DNA of 64,000 bases. Source: Phoronis australis (lineage: Eukaryota > Animalia > Phoronida). This document shows positions 13,298 to 25,816 of this stretch, piece after piece; position 1 is the stretch's first letter; the number at the start of each line of letters is the position of its first letter. Position numbers and translations under genes: made by a program. The stretch covers positions 124,001-188,000 of the forward strand of contig NMRA01000433.1 of assembly GCA_002633005.1 (NCBI GenBank), read 5' to 3'. The notes beneath the pieces are model-generated. The model was not told the DNA's origin. It made no database searches and saw only the letters and a program-made list of their open reading frames with translations.

Positions 13298-13754
13298 CAA
13301 CAGGTAAACAGTGCACAAATGAATTATTATAAAAATAACTGAAAATTACAGTAATAATACACACACACACAACCGGAGCTGAAAAGATATCAGGGGTCAA
13401 ATTATTCCCGGCATCCACCCACGGCCACAGGTCGGTGCTTATACAGAATGACCAGTTTAATTGTCAGGTTTGTTAACTAATTTTGCTGAGAAATCGCTGA
13501 CGGAATGGGACCGTACCTCAAGAGTCTCGCCTGATGAACAGTGGTCACAAAGTGAAAACGAAGCAATGAAATTAGGCTTGATTTGATAACTACAACTCTC
13601 GATCAAAATTCAGTCGAGCAGGCAGCTGGAAATACTCATTGCCAACTCACAAGGCTAGTCTCGGGGTTCCAAGCTCTATAGAGTACATAGGTCACGTGCG
13701 GTAGTTGGCATTCCATGGCTAGTGTTCTATGCTTGCTGGTTCCCTGCAAGCCGC

Positions 13755-14984
13755 CTCGCTGGTTCCCTACGTGCCGCTAGGTGGGGCGGTAGCCAAGCCA
13801 GCACGCAGGTATCACTTAATTTCCCTCTGTAATTTAGTTTACACCGGCGTTTCTGATTGGCTAGTCGAGTTCTCAACAGGCAACGCTTTACGCAAACAAA
13901 CTGGCATGACTGATAGACTGGAGTGAAAATGTGGTATATTGTACAGACAAATCGATGCTTAAAATTCATATGTTCAGGAAATGTGCCTAGAAATTGCGAT
14001 GCGCCGGCGGAATGCATCTTTCTACTGTCGATGACTTCTGTTTACGATAGTGTCCTGTATTCATACAGTATGAATACCACATCGGTTAAATCAGCTAGAT
14101 GTGTGTTTATTGCACATGTATGTGCTTTAAGCACGCGGCTATTAAACATCACTGCAGAAACGAAATAGTTGCTGCGACGCCACTTGCACTGTGACAAGGC
14201 TAAAAATCGTTCACAGTCCGCCATAGCTAACCAATGACTGCCGAGGTTACATCGACCAATGCTAAAGCGCTTGCCACTGCGTGATACTTGCTTGCTAAGC
14301 ACGCAGGAAACCAGCGAGGCCAGCCCCTAGCCAGCAGGCAGTAGCACGTGCTTTATCATTGGTAACCTCGACAGTCACTGCGGTTAGCTTTACACAATGA
14401 AAAATGGCGGACTATGAACGATTTTTAGCCCTGACATGCAAGTGGCGTAGCAGCAACTATTTCGTTTCTCAAGTAATGTTTAATAAATTGTATCCGCCTG
14501 CTTGAAGCACATACCATGTACAATAAACACATATATGGACAATTTCACTGGTGTGATATTCATACTCGTGGGCGGCGCAGCACTGAAAAATGTGGGGGCT
14601 AAAGCCCCCTGAGCCCTCCCTGTAGTGCATCACCTATAGACCACGTGCGGCGTAGCACTGAAAATAGTGGGGGCCAATGATCTTGTATGAATACAGGACA
14701 GCATCGTAAACAAAATTCAGCGACAGTAGAAAGGTGCACTGCAAATAGGCATACCCAAAATTTTCTCGGATTCACATTTCTTGAACATGAATTTTGAGCA
14801 CCGATTTGTCTGTACAACAGACCACATTTACTCTTCCTCCATCAGTCATGCCAGTTTGTTCGCGTAAAGCTCTGCCTGTTGAGGACCAGCCAATCAGAAA
14901 CGCCGGTTTAAAAAAATCCAAGCAGAAAATTGAGTGATACCTGCGGCTGGCTACCACCTAGCGGCACGCAGGGAACCAGCGAAG
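13755..14984. mobile_element. ~1.2-kb foldback (almost fully palindromic) non-autonomous element
   Basis: CTCGCTGGTTCCCTACGTGCCGCTAGGTGG pairs with CCACCTAGCGGCACGCAGGGAACCAGCGAAG, and pairing continues inward (14161-14224 vs 14403-14463). A MITE sits in the right arm at 14568-14675. Confidence 0.8.
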
Positions 14985-15237
14985 AGTTCTATGCTGCAAG
15001 CAACAAAGTTCTCAGAAAGTCAAGAATTTTGTGATACTTCAGCCTTGAAAATTTCAACGCCACTAGGCAGGATTAACGGCTACGTTAGTATCGTCTCAAC
15101 ATTTCCTGTACTACCATGTCCTTTCAAAACTCAAAAGTTTAAAACCGGAAATAGATGTCAATCAGAGAGGAAGTGCGACCTTTCACCGCCCGCTGTGTTG
15201 AGTTCAGTAGAAGCAAGAATCTCGCGAGTAAAGCTGG

Positions 15238-15390
15238 CTTGCGTTCAGTAACGCTAGGACCTACATGTACGCTATGACTTAGCGAAAATCTAGCCGAAGT
15301 CACGTGCTCTCATTTTAAATACACGGCAATAGCTCACGTAATCTCGCGAAGTCTTGCTTTTAACGAGGTCCTAGCATTCCTGAACAGGAC
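15238..15390. mobile_element. ~150-bp MITE (GTTCAGTAACGCTAGG...CCTAGCGTTACT(G/A)AAC); copies at ~28462-28607, ~35592-35737 and ~45113-45265
   Basis: Shared TIR and interior (TGCTCTCATTT.AAATACA.G.CAAT..C.CGTAATCTCGCGAAGTCTTG) in four copies. Confidence 0.75.
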
Positions 15391-15676
15391 TCGACGCCGG
15401 TATGACAACGTGCTTCGCTTGTAATACATAGCGATATCTGGCGATGTCTTACGTGATCATTTGTTTTCTCGAGGTTCTCGCTTTTATGAAACACAACGGT
15501 CGTTTTACGTTTAATATCGGGTGCACTTGATTGTAAGCCGGTAGCCGTCATCGAGAACCAATTATATGTGTAAGCCGGTTTACCCGGCGAACCGGGGAAG
15601 TCAATCAAGTGCAACCATTATGTTTCATCTCTGGAACTGCAAAACGGCGTTTTTACATAATCACGTAACTTTGCAG

Positions 15677-15833
15677 AGCAAAAAACAGACAAATATTGAA
15701 GTACGGATTGGCCGACACCGTCCGTGACTCCGCCTATGATGGTCAAAAGCCCTCAAAATTTTTGGTCCATGGTTGGAAAGGCAGTATATATAGCTTTTGG
15801 GTAAAGCCGATGATGAGAGCGATACTGGCAAAG
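15677..15833 (+). CDS. Lipase A exon 3
   Basis: ttgcag|...|gtaagg; AKNRQILKYGLADTVRDSAYDGQKPSKFLVHGWKGSIYSFWVKPMMRAILAK. Confidence 0.85.
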
Positions 15834-18800
15834 GTAAGGCCGACATTCAACCACGACGACCATATTACTGAGACTAGGCGTAATTTAATTAGCGTAGATC
15901 AGTCTTCAACAGCTATAAATGATGAATTTTTATAGTGTTATGCTCTACTATTCGAAGGCAGATCTTTTTTTGGTCACTTATAATATTGTTACTATGCCAT
16001 GTACGAGAAAATTAATCTGACTTCCCAATGCGTTCACATTGCTTGCTCCATCTGCCAAAACGCTCAGACACCTATTTGTTAAAATGTGTGGTTATCGAAG
16101 ATATTGCCAACTGATCGCAGGGGTCGTATACAGACCTCATTGCACAACGAAAGTCCATGTAGGAAGTAAAAATCGTCTCCTGTGTCAGCCTCAATGAATT
16201 GAAAGAAACCCCTCTAAAACCTGAATAAAAACGCAGTTAGTCGGATGCACATTGAATTCAGACGTGCGCAGGAGCTTCTTATACGAAACACCTGAAACCA
16301 AAAATGCCACATTTTGTCTAGATTGGCTCCACGCAAACATTGAAGCAGTAGAAAGAAAGCACTGTCCTAGTTAATCATTGTTGTTGACAGCGCATTGCCA
16401 TAAGATGAGTGTACCGTAACTTCTGCTTTCAAAATCCTTCTGATTCTGTTGTTGCTGGCAATGACTTTTCCAGTTCTCGTTCTTAGCATTGTTTTGTAGT
16501 TGGTACTGTTTCTGTTGTTTTGTTATCTTCTCCTGCTGTTGGTGTCGTTCTTGGCTTGTGCTGTAGTTACTGCTGCTGCCCTTGCCAACGCTCCCGCTCG
16601 TTACTACTGCTGCTTTTGCTGTTGCTGCTGCTATGGTTGTTGCTGCAACTATTACGAAAATGTCCGAGGTGACCCGAATGTCTGTAGACTATATGGGTTC
16701 GTCAACTGTCGTGTGTTTACGTTTTGAAAACACTCGCAATCATGTCGTTCGCAACACCTCGGGGAAATACCCGATATGTTCCGGATGGCATTCACACAAG
16801 TACTTCACACAACGACTTTGACGACGTCATATGAATAAAGCGTGCCCTTACGTGTAACTGTTTGTAGGAAGATGTCAACGTTATCATCGTTGATTGGGGT
16901 AAATTAGCTAAAACTCCATATGGCACCGCTGCAAAGAACACGCGCAAAGTAGGCCTGACCATAGCTAGGTTTGTGGGTGAGTCGTGCTTAACTTAAATTC
17001 ATCTCGGAAAATTCCAAATACAGGTAGTGTTTGATCGCATTAAACTTTACTGAAGACTAGACTTGAAAATTAAGAATTCGCGTGTAACGCTTCGAGAAAT
17101 GCTTTAGGTTTTAAATGGCATGGTTGACTATTTCTTCAATCTAATCTTAAGTAAAGTTTGGTGGTTTCAGGTGTGCCAGAACCTCCAAATTCACAAGGTG
17201 GTGCTAAATGAACCGAGACGCATCATGTAGTCATATGTGACAGTGGACACGCTAACACTTTTTTGTACAATCGCATGTAGGAGAATAGTTTTGCTTGTTG
17301 CTAATTTTGTTGCAATAAAATCAAATGAGATTGTCGTGTCCACATAGTAAGGTTGAAATGAATGCTTCATGTTTCCATTGTACTAATTCGTTTTCAAAAT
17401 AAAAGAGAAATGAAATTAAATCTCTCAATCTCAGTGGCCTACGGTACATATTGAAAATGCTGAAGCCCTCTAGAACATTCTGCTCCCTCTTAAAGGAATA
17501 TGGTGGAAAGATAAAAACATCAACACAGGTGAAACTTTCCGCTGTGGTCTCTCAAGACTTAATATCAGCGTACCAATCAGTAGCAGAGCAAGCCCGTTAC
17601 TAAAACCAGCGCTTCTGCTCTCAGAGTTCAATTCGTGTAATCCACTTTGAATTACGGGATACAACCTCGGTTTTGGTAACCCAAATTGTTTTGTGTCCTG
17701 CAACGTGTTCCTTGTGTTTCAGAGTTCCTGGAGACGACGACTGGTACCACGCGCAAGAACATGCACTTCATTGGACATAGCTTGGGAGGACAGACCGTCG
17801 GATTTGCCGGCCAAAACCTGAGTCCTCGACCTGCTAGAGTTTCAGGTAGTGTCACAGTGTGGCCTGTCAAGTGTTGATTCTGTGGACTGTAGAGTTAAAT
17901 GTACAAAGCAGTCCCAGGCGCGGCCCAAATCAAAATACGTCTAATTCGTGTATGCAATTGTTTTGTACGAAATTTGAAATATTTATTTCACGTCTGATAA
18001 AAATTGCCTTTAGTCTTAATAACGAAATAAAAACTGTTCAAGAAATTACACATGACCCTATGTCAGCAAGATATGAAATATTTTACCCGTTACATGTGCG
18101 TATTAATATTTGGAACACTAACCTGCCAAGAGGCCGCGGTAACTTGAGTTTCCCCGCCACCAAAATCTCCTCCAGACATTTCACAACACCTCACCCTACT
18201 GTAACCAAAACATTGCTCAACGTAAATTTTCGGAGCCCTAAGATCAAAGCTTACTTGTGCTTATCGATACTTCATTTTACCTACATATCGACACATCTCA
18301 GGGGACTGAGGCTAGGCTGCGTAGAAAACGTCATTACAGTTTTCGGAGAGCACGACTTTTGAAACCATGTCTACAAATGTCAGCTAGAGTAAATTTACGT
18401 TTTTCAACTAATTCTCTCAGCAATGAAGGCCTAATAAATAATACTGGGTTTTAAGAGGCACGACACGATAATCAAACACCACACCTACAGGCTTGGACAC
18501 GGCAGAGGGTGGATTTAACAGACTTAACCCAAAGGACTATTTGGACCCTACAGACGCGGACTTCGTCGATGAGATCTATGCTAAAGTCTCCAACAACCGA
18601 TACATCAAGGGACACGCCAATTTCTACCCCAACGGAGGCGGAGACGCCCATAAGTTGCCTCCGCAGTACTACATTGAGTCAATCAAGGCAGGAAGATGCG
18701 CTTATCCAGCCTACGCATGCGCAACTTACGAAAAATTTACGGTAAGCAGCATTTCCGAATTTCTCTTATGAACCCGCGTTCCGTCCAAGACGAAAATTTT

Positions 18801-20614
18801 GGTCTAAACCAGTAATCGCTGTAACGTTGGTCTCAATTTTTCCGTTCGCATATGAGAAGAAATGATTTTTGAGTTTTCAAAGAACTGACAGTTCCCCTTT
18901 TTGAGACCTTGTTCAGCGCATAAAGTGACAGATGGGTGCACCCAGGGGGCCCCGTGAGGCTCTAACGAGCCCCCCAATTTGGCAAATTAGGGAAAGGGTC
19001 TGCCTCAGTGAAACAAAAGTCCGAGTAAACCAGACAAAAGTCCACAAAGTCGACAGGAATTCAGGGCGGATGCACGATTGGCAGGCCTGAACCTATTTTT
19101 AGTCCTCGTTGATTATCTTCAGTAAAAGGTTCGCATATCGAAGAATTTGAGCCCCCCTATATCTTAGACTGGATGCGCGCATGTGACACGAAGCATCCCA
19201 AGCCTGATCTCAAACATAATGAACTGTCGGTTGCTTTGAAGCTCAGAAATCCTATCCAAATACAGCTTTAGGACCAATTTCATGAGGTAAGTGTTCTAGT
19301 TAGAGTTTTGGGCCACAAAATGCAAGTTTGTAGCCACTTTAATTTCCGGGACGTGGATCTGCTAGTATGTGTATTTAAGTAGTGTGCATAAAAGCTGATA
19401 TTTCGGCGAGTCTCCATGAATGACGTGCTAATGAGTTGAAGGCACTGCTTGCAAAACCCGTCGACTGCTGTTCATAACCTCCTTGTGCGTAACTCGTCGG
19501 TTATATAGCATACAAGCAAGCAGCAACGTGTTCTCGTTTTAATTCTCGACGCCTGAAAACTTTGGCGTTAGAATGTACTTGTTGTACCTTCTCTGGATAA
19601 TGGAAGGCATTAAATTGTTCTAGTCAGCGATATGGAAACAACAAAGTATTATTTTCATGTACCATCAGCAAAAGTTATATGAATTTCCGTGTTCGCCCCC
19701 CATACGAAATAACGCCGGAAAGCACCCGACGTCATTCGACAGATCTAGGAACCTAGGCTAGATGTAATGCGATTGGTCACTTGCTTTCACTAAATAAACG
19801 AGGTTCGTCCACCATCTTGATTACATAATTTGGTGGAGTAAAGAAAAAGGAAAAATTATGATTCCCAAGCTTTGTCCCAAGCTTGGTTATGGGAGTTACC
19901 TTCTGCACAATAATTGGTCGCTTCCTTGACGTCTTTAAAACAAAGGCAGATTACAATTATTTTCACAGACGTTGTTGTTGCCGTTCATGAAGTAGAAGGC
20001 ATTTTTTGGTTATTGTTTGAAATAAAGGTTGTTCGCGTACATATGTCAATTCATTTTGTTAATGTTATCATAGAAATTAATCTGTTTTCGAAACAAAATA
20101 CATCATATTCGCAATAATTTAGACCTAAACTGCTGCAATATACCGTTAGTTTTCATTTATATATTATACTGCAGAAAATTCCAATGTTATACTGCTCGTC
20201 ATATTCCTGCAATTTCCATAAAGGTGTTAGAATTCTGACACATTTGATTTGGCATAACCAAGCCTCAAATGGCTAAACCGATCAGCGCCATCTTGAGACT
20301 TGGGGGACGAGGCTGAATGGTACCAAAGACGTTCGGTCTCTGATGGTACTTGCGTGTTCCCTTCCCGCTAGCGGACACGCACGGAACCAGCAACGAGCGT
20401 GTGTGCGCGTCTAGTGCTTTTAATCAGGTCATATTGTTCCTGTACAAAGATATTTTAGCTACAGTAGTATCTTTGTCATGTGTGTCACTTTTTACGTCAG
20501 GGTGGATGTCGAAGCACAGACGGCAATCACATGGGATACTACGCTACCAAACCCGAGGGGAGGTCTACTGCTTTATACTTCCTCAACGCCACCACAGCTA
20601 ACCCGTGCAACTGA
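15677..20614 (+). CDS. Lipase A: pancreatic-lipase/phospholipase A1-family hydrolase without lid or PLAT domain; exons 3-7 (5' exons not found)
   Basis: join(15677..15833,16868..16976,17723..17845,18491..18741,20501..20614). All introns are GT-AG and the frame is intact. Motifs FLVHGW, NVIIVDW, HFIGHSLGG (Ser), GLDTA (Asp), LDPTDADFVD, GHANFYPNGGGDAH (His), NHMGY. Intron phases match lipases B and C. Confidence 0.9.
16440..16650. repeat. Degenerate (TGC/TGT)n trinucleotide tract in a lipase A intron
   Basis: Visible TGTTGTTGCTGCTGC low-complexity run. Confidence 0.7.
16868..16976 (+). CDS. Lipase A exon 4
   Basis: ttgtag|...|gtgagt; EDVNVIIVDWGKLAKTPYGTAAKNTRKVGLTIARFV. Confidence 0.92.
17723..17845 (+). 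CDS. Lipase A exon 5 (catalytic Ser)
   Basis: tttcag|...|gtagtg; EFLETTTGTTRKNMHFIGHSLGGQTVGFAGQNLSPRPARVSG. Confidence 0.93.
18491..18741 (+). CDS. Lipase A exon 6 (catalytic Asp and His)
   Basis: ctacag|...|gtaagc; GLDTAEGG...GHANFYPNGGGDAHKLPPQYYIESIKAGRCAYPAYACATYEKFT. Confidence 0.93.
18931..19183. mobile_element. ~250-bp MITE family (CATGGGTGCACCCAG...CTGGATGCGCGCATG); relatives at ~22765-22904, 27763-27920, 34888-35050, 46712-46958 and 49630-49870
   Basis: TIR plus shared interior (GAGCCCCCC..TTTGGC.AA, AAAAGTCCGAGTAAAC.AGACAAAAGTCCACA). Confidence 0.7.
20501..20614 (+). CDS. Lipase A exon 7 (terminal)
   Basis: cgtcag|; GGCRSTDGNHMGYYATKPEGRSTALYFLNATTANPCN*. Confidence 0.9.
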   Translation, partial: GGCRSTDGNHMGYYATKPEGRSTALYFLNATTANPCN

Positions 20615-20814
20615 AGATGACAACTGACAGTATTAGTGTTGACGCTCATTGTTCCTTGACATAAATGACGTCACTTTCAATCACTTATTAATAAGTTTTG
20701 ATATACGAAATTAGAGAACATAAAATTATTCGTGTACTTCTTCTGAAATGTTTGTTCTTCCACTTGAAATCTGTTTCAGGAGTACTGCGGTTGTATTAAT
20801 TACAGAGTGGTGTC

Positions 20815-20820
20815 AATAAA
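20815..20820 (+). promoter_or_regulatory. Candidate polyadenylation signal of lipase A
   Basis: AATAAA ~200 bp after the stop codon. Confidence 0.5.
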
Positions 20821-23104
20821 GGCTTGTTGTGACAAAATAAGCATTATATTCCGAATTTGAAGGCAGGCATGATGCATGTGTCTTGAACACACGGGCACCA
20901 TGTCTGTCTTAAAAGACGGATCTGTTGACAACTTAAATCATCAAGGACTTATGTCTGAACCTTTTGATAGAGTACATGAATCACCAGATTTAAAGCAATC
21001 CATAAGCTCTGTAGTTGCACACAAGCCGCGACCAAGAATACTCTAATTTCGAAATTGAAGCTCGACGTCGATATTCAATAGCGACGCCTGGTGTGATAGC
21101 ATGTTTTTCTTACGGAAAATACGTCTCCTGCTCTGGCAAAGACCACAGTTTGAATAATTCATGTCGAAGTAATCACCAGTCTAGTTTAAAAAACCCTTTC
21201 CCACTTTACCTCCCAACAACTGAAAAACTTTTAACTTACAGAAACTGCAACCGAGTTTTCTTAAAGATAAAGAAATTCAACAAAGCTATGTCTATTTCCC
21301 TTGCTACGTCCACTGGAAAAGATAAGATTAAAAAATTACCCCAAATTGCGATTTTCTTATTTTTCTCCCCGAATTACCAATAAAAGAGTAGATTCAAAAA
21401 TAGTAATGCTCTTGCAATGTACTTTACAGAAATACAGGTTAAAATGTGTAATTACCAACTAGATTTTTTTCCAATTTCCATCCCTCTGAAGGGTACATGC
21501 CTTTGCGCAAAAATGGCGCTGAGAAAAGGAAATGGTCTGAACACGAGTGAACTTCCGGAACCGGGTAGAACAGATTAAAGGCCACATTTAAGGGCTGCTT
21601 TTATTCAAAGCAAATTCAAAGAACCATTCGTGGCAATCTCTTCCCATTTGTGCCACAGAGTTGCTATCAAACCTGACCCACCTCGTGTTTTTTTTCGTTT
21701 TGGGGGCAGCTACAAAGATCCAAACTGTGACCTTAAACCTCACAATTAAAGGGCATTGGACGAGTGTGAAAACTCCATAGGAAAATTTTGGCGTTTTGAA
21801 CCTGTTGTCTGTGATGTATGATAAGACATACTCTGAACGCGTTACGTTGATTCTGTCAATTGCTCAGGGATTTTCATAAAAGAGTCTCATCGTCGCTCTA
21901 AGATGTGCGTCTCAAAATTTGTATAGAGATGTCCTGCCTACTTGAAGCATCAGATCATCTGAAGATTTTAGCCTTTTTCATATTGTTTTGCTGTTTTCGG
22001 AAATATCTCTTAAAAATATGACTTGTGACGTCTTATTGAAAAGATAATGTTGCAACATTTTACAAGGCCTGTAGTTTCACGCTTAATCGTCATCTGTAGC
22101 AGGTTAATTGACTAGCATACATAGCGGCACTAAGAGATTTTTAAAGTCAACAAAGGCGAAAATTTACTTGGTGCCCAGTGACGTATGTAGTATATTAGCT
22201 ACAATACGCCTCGGTAATGTGGCAACGAAGTGTTTCTGTTGTATATAAATGTTAGTGTTCAATGTCTTCCAGTACAATGTTGCTAGTACCTACTTACGTT
22301 CCAGATTTTTGACAGCTCCTGTTCTTTGTAAAAATTACGACCCAGGCAGCTCGCATGTCTGGAATGTTGCAAGAGCGTCGAATAAAATTTCCTTTTGCAT
22401 GAGCCCTTAAAATGACGTCTTTGCTGAAAGGTTTTGTTTTGAAATTTTTGACTGATCGTAGATCTTTTCGCGTAGGCAGGTGCCCCTGGAGTTAGGCTGT
22501 TTGACCAGACCCAGTGTTGGCGTAGAATCTCAATTAAATTGAAATATATTCGTGTTTTTTCCATCGCAGGTAAGTCGTATAGTATGTTAGCAAGTTTTAG
22601 TTACAACTAGTTTACACCACGTTGTTATGCACATGCGCTTGTTTGCCTGTGCAGAATTTGAGTTCAAGTCTCTTCATATTGCTCACAATAAGAGCGGACG
22701 ACTGCGCAGGTATTCTTACTTTACTAAGGGAATATGTGTACATGTACCTAAGTCAAATGATGGTCTATGCGTGCACCCAGGCTTTAATATGGGGGGCTCG
22801 AATTCCTGGCGTTGTGGACCTTTTGGTAAAAGTTAGCAGTAGGGCTAAAGAAAAAAACAGGGTACCACCTCCAGCACTCGTTCGAGCCCCACTGGGTGCC
22901 CCATGTGCTCATGTGATATCTTCCACCGATCTTTCATTTATCAGCTTAAGTATATACGAAACTAACAGATGCCACTTCGTCTAACATTACTACGGCATAC
23001 GTGTCGCACTAAAAGCAAATATAACAACATTCACATCTTCACATATCCCATCACATTATCTGGTTCGGCACACCAGCTAGCTACTCGTTTTGCATTACTG
23101 CTGT

Positions 23105-23967
23105 CGTGCTGAACATTATACCTTACAACATTATTTTGCTAGTTACGTTTGTAAGCCTAAAGTACCGTTGCACAGTCAGTTGAGATACTGTATGAGGTCG
23201 GATATATTGTTTCATTTGTGTCCTCTCTCTCTTTTCGCGGCTTAACACCAAGGAGAGTTAGCAGTGCACTGGGAGGTTTCACTGCGCTATCTGTCTCGTC
23301 TTTCTCCGCAAGGGTGATCGGTCGAAAAGCTAGCGCCCCCAGCGGCAAATAATCAAAACTAACCGAGTCCAAAACATAAATTCCTACTTTAAAGTCCCAA
23401 TAAAATGAGCCAACTGCCTTTTAGATATGCTAAATACATGTACTTTTGTGCAACATATCTTTGTTTCGTTTTATTCCACACAACCACTAATTACTACGCA
23501 TTTTGTGCCCCCCATATTATGTGCCCCCATCAGAAACCCCTTTTATTCTCTCGACGAATCACAGTAGACTGGCCTATTGACATCATCGTTGAGAACGAGC
23601 AACACATTACCGCGCTAACCACAACCTGTAGTGAGCACCTGATCGGCTGCTGGGACAGTAAAAAACAAAGTAGTTTTGCTNCGTGCTGAACATTATACCT
23701 TACAACATTATTTTGCTAGTTACGTTTGTAAGCCTAAAGTACCGTTGCACAGTCAGTTGAGATACTGTATGAGGTCGGATATATTGTTTAATTTGTGTCC
23801 TCTCTCTTTTCGCGGCTTAACATCAAGGAGAGTTAGCAGTGCACTGGGAGGTTTCACTGCGCTATCTGTCTCGTCTTTCTCCGCAAGGGTGATCGGTCGA
23901 AAAGCTAGCGCCCCCAGCGGCAAATAATCAAAACTAACCGAATCCGAAACATAAATTCCTACTTTAA
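23105..23967. repeat. Duplicated block (23105-23392 vs 23682-23967), probable stacked haplotype
   Basis: The second copy starts right after the single N at 23681. The copies diverge exactly at a TTAA; copy 1 continues AGTCCCAAT..., a likely TTAA-targeting insertion. Confidence 0.85.
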
Positions 23968-25764
23968 TGACGTTCGCAGGCATTGAGTTCATTGTGTGAT
24001 TAAAAATGAAAAATACGCATATTTTCATTCACTTATTACCAAATGAGAATAAAAATGTGTGTTTTAGTCAATGTTAAGTGTAATAGACATTAAGATTTAT
24101 GCTTTCATTCTCTTGAAGCTCCCTTCAGAAGCCGTGGTTTTAGTTAATGTTTGAGTTTTTAAGAACGCAAATTACCGTCCCTAATTACATTTGATGCTAC
24201 ATGGGCTACGTAATTTTACTGAATGATCCTGGGGGTTCAGGACCTAGTTTGCCCCAGGTGCCAGCGTAAGGGGGGTACAGGGGAAGAGTGCTAAACAGGT
24301 AAAACCAAGTGGTCGCCAATTGGGTGTTGAGCAATTCCCTATGGGGTATGCATGGGAGGAGTGCAAAACAGGTAAAAACCAAGGGTTGTACCACATGGGT
24401 GTTCAGCCCTCCCGGCATCGTCACAAATTTTGGTTGCTAGATCCCTTGATCGTTGACATGTTACTGGTGATTTGATCCTCGTTTTGCGCTCGTTGCTCGT
24501 TTCATATCCAACCAAAAATTTCGCCTGTGCATATTCCCTATTCAATGCTCTAGGCTGCAGACAACTGTTTTGTGCAGTACATGTAGGTGTTACACAAGTA
24601 AGAAGAAAAACGCAAGACAATTCATCACTACCACCATCCATTCTGGTGTACTCTCAAATCAAATTAGTGTACATTCCGTCATTTCTTAGTGACATGCCAG
24701 TACAGAGTAAACGCCAACCTACTACAATCACCAATATTTACAAGCCTGTTCCTTACAATTCTGGTGTTTTCGTGAATGACTTTGTGCAACATAATGCGCT
24801 GCAAAAGGCGCCCGTTGTTCGCGCTCTTCGTAATTCATGACCATGCTTACATACACCATCTTGGCGGAACTAGTCGCAGCGAACTCACCGGTAAATGCTA
24901 CTTCTATAAACTCTGCTAACATTTCGAAAAATAGGTCAATGTTCCGATGCGTTTTTCTATCTTCTCGGCAAAATATATCTTGATTCCAGATTTGACTTTT
25001 TTGAGGTGCTTACATGTATTACCCTATAAGATAGCTTGGTTTGTTTCTTGTCTCCAAGAAAATGGGCGACTGCAGCTGTCTTTGGTGCACGTACCTGAAC
25101 GTATTGCTTGCATAACGACCATTTTAATTTGGTCGCCATTTCCACTTGTGAATCGGGTACTTTTATGCGCGCGATAGAAAATCACCAAGTGCTTGCTATA
25201 CGGTATTGCATATCGTGTGCACTGAGGCACAAGATAAAACTGTTCTGTAGGCGTAGCCCGTGATATAGTTCCCAAGCCCCCTTATAACCATCGTGCACAG
25301 CATGCTGAAGGTAGCTGCATTAATGACAATACGCAAACTTTCGAATTTGACTTAGACCAACTATCTCGTGCGCGCATGCTTATTTGCGTAGAACGTTGCC
25401 CCTTATACGACTCTGCTTGTCTGCATAGACCTACATGGCAGCAGATCCAGAAAAAATGAAGCAGTCAGTCTTAAAATGGACAGGCACAGTGGGTACAGTT
25501 TTATTTCCCAACCGCAGCAACTTCGAAGTTACCGAATAACTAGACAGGCATACTGGAGCGGCCTCTTTTAGACCCGGGCTCAGGTGATTTTAGCACGCAG
25601 TTACAGAACCGGAGCATCTGTCTGGCTTTTCTGACTCCCACGTCATCTTCCTCCGCCAAACTTACATAATTTATCGCTGGAACATGTTGGGTCGCTGCCT
25701 TAAATGTCACGGACACAAGAAGTCAGGCAGAGCCAGCTGAGCCACTATCTGACAAGCAAGTACA

Positions 25765-25816
25765 ATGAAGACACTACTGTTGTGCATGGTGTTGGGTAGT
25801 CTGGCTTTAATGACCC
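25765..25816 (+). CDS. Duplicate copy of lipase B exon 1 (signal peptide)
   Basis: ATG...|gtgagt; MKTLLLCMVLGSLALMT. Differs from 31947-31998 by one synonymous change (GCT/GCG). Confidence 0.75.

Noticed and set aside
13614-13653. Candidate lipase A exon 2 (EQAAGNTHCQLTR)
   Set aside because: The phases fit, but the donor is GCTAGT rather than GT and similarity to DIxYYLFTR is poor.
15432-15473. Second candidate lipase A exon 2 (ISGDVLRDHLFSR)
   Set aside because: Splice sites are weak, and it is in frame only if the exon 3 acceptor shifts by 2 nt; not supportable without cDNA.
16500-16821. Cys-rich ORF resembling a signal peptide plus toxin or metallothionein (..YYCCFCCCCCYGCCCN..)
   Set aside because: It arises from a (TGC/TGT)n tract inside a lipase A intron and starts at TTG rather than ATG.
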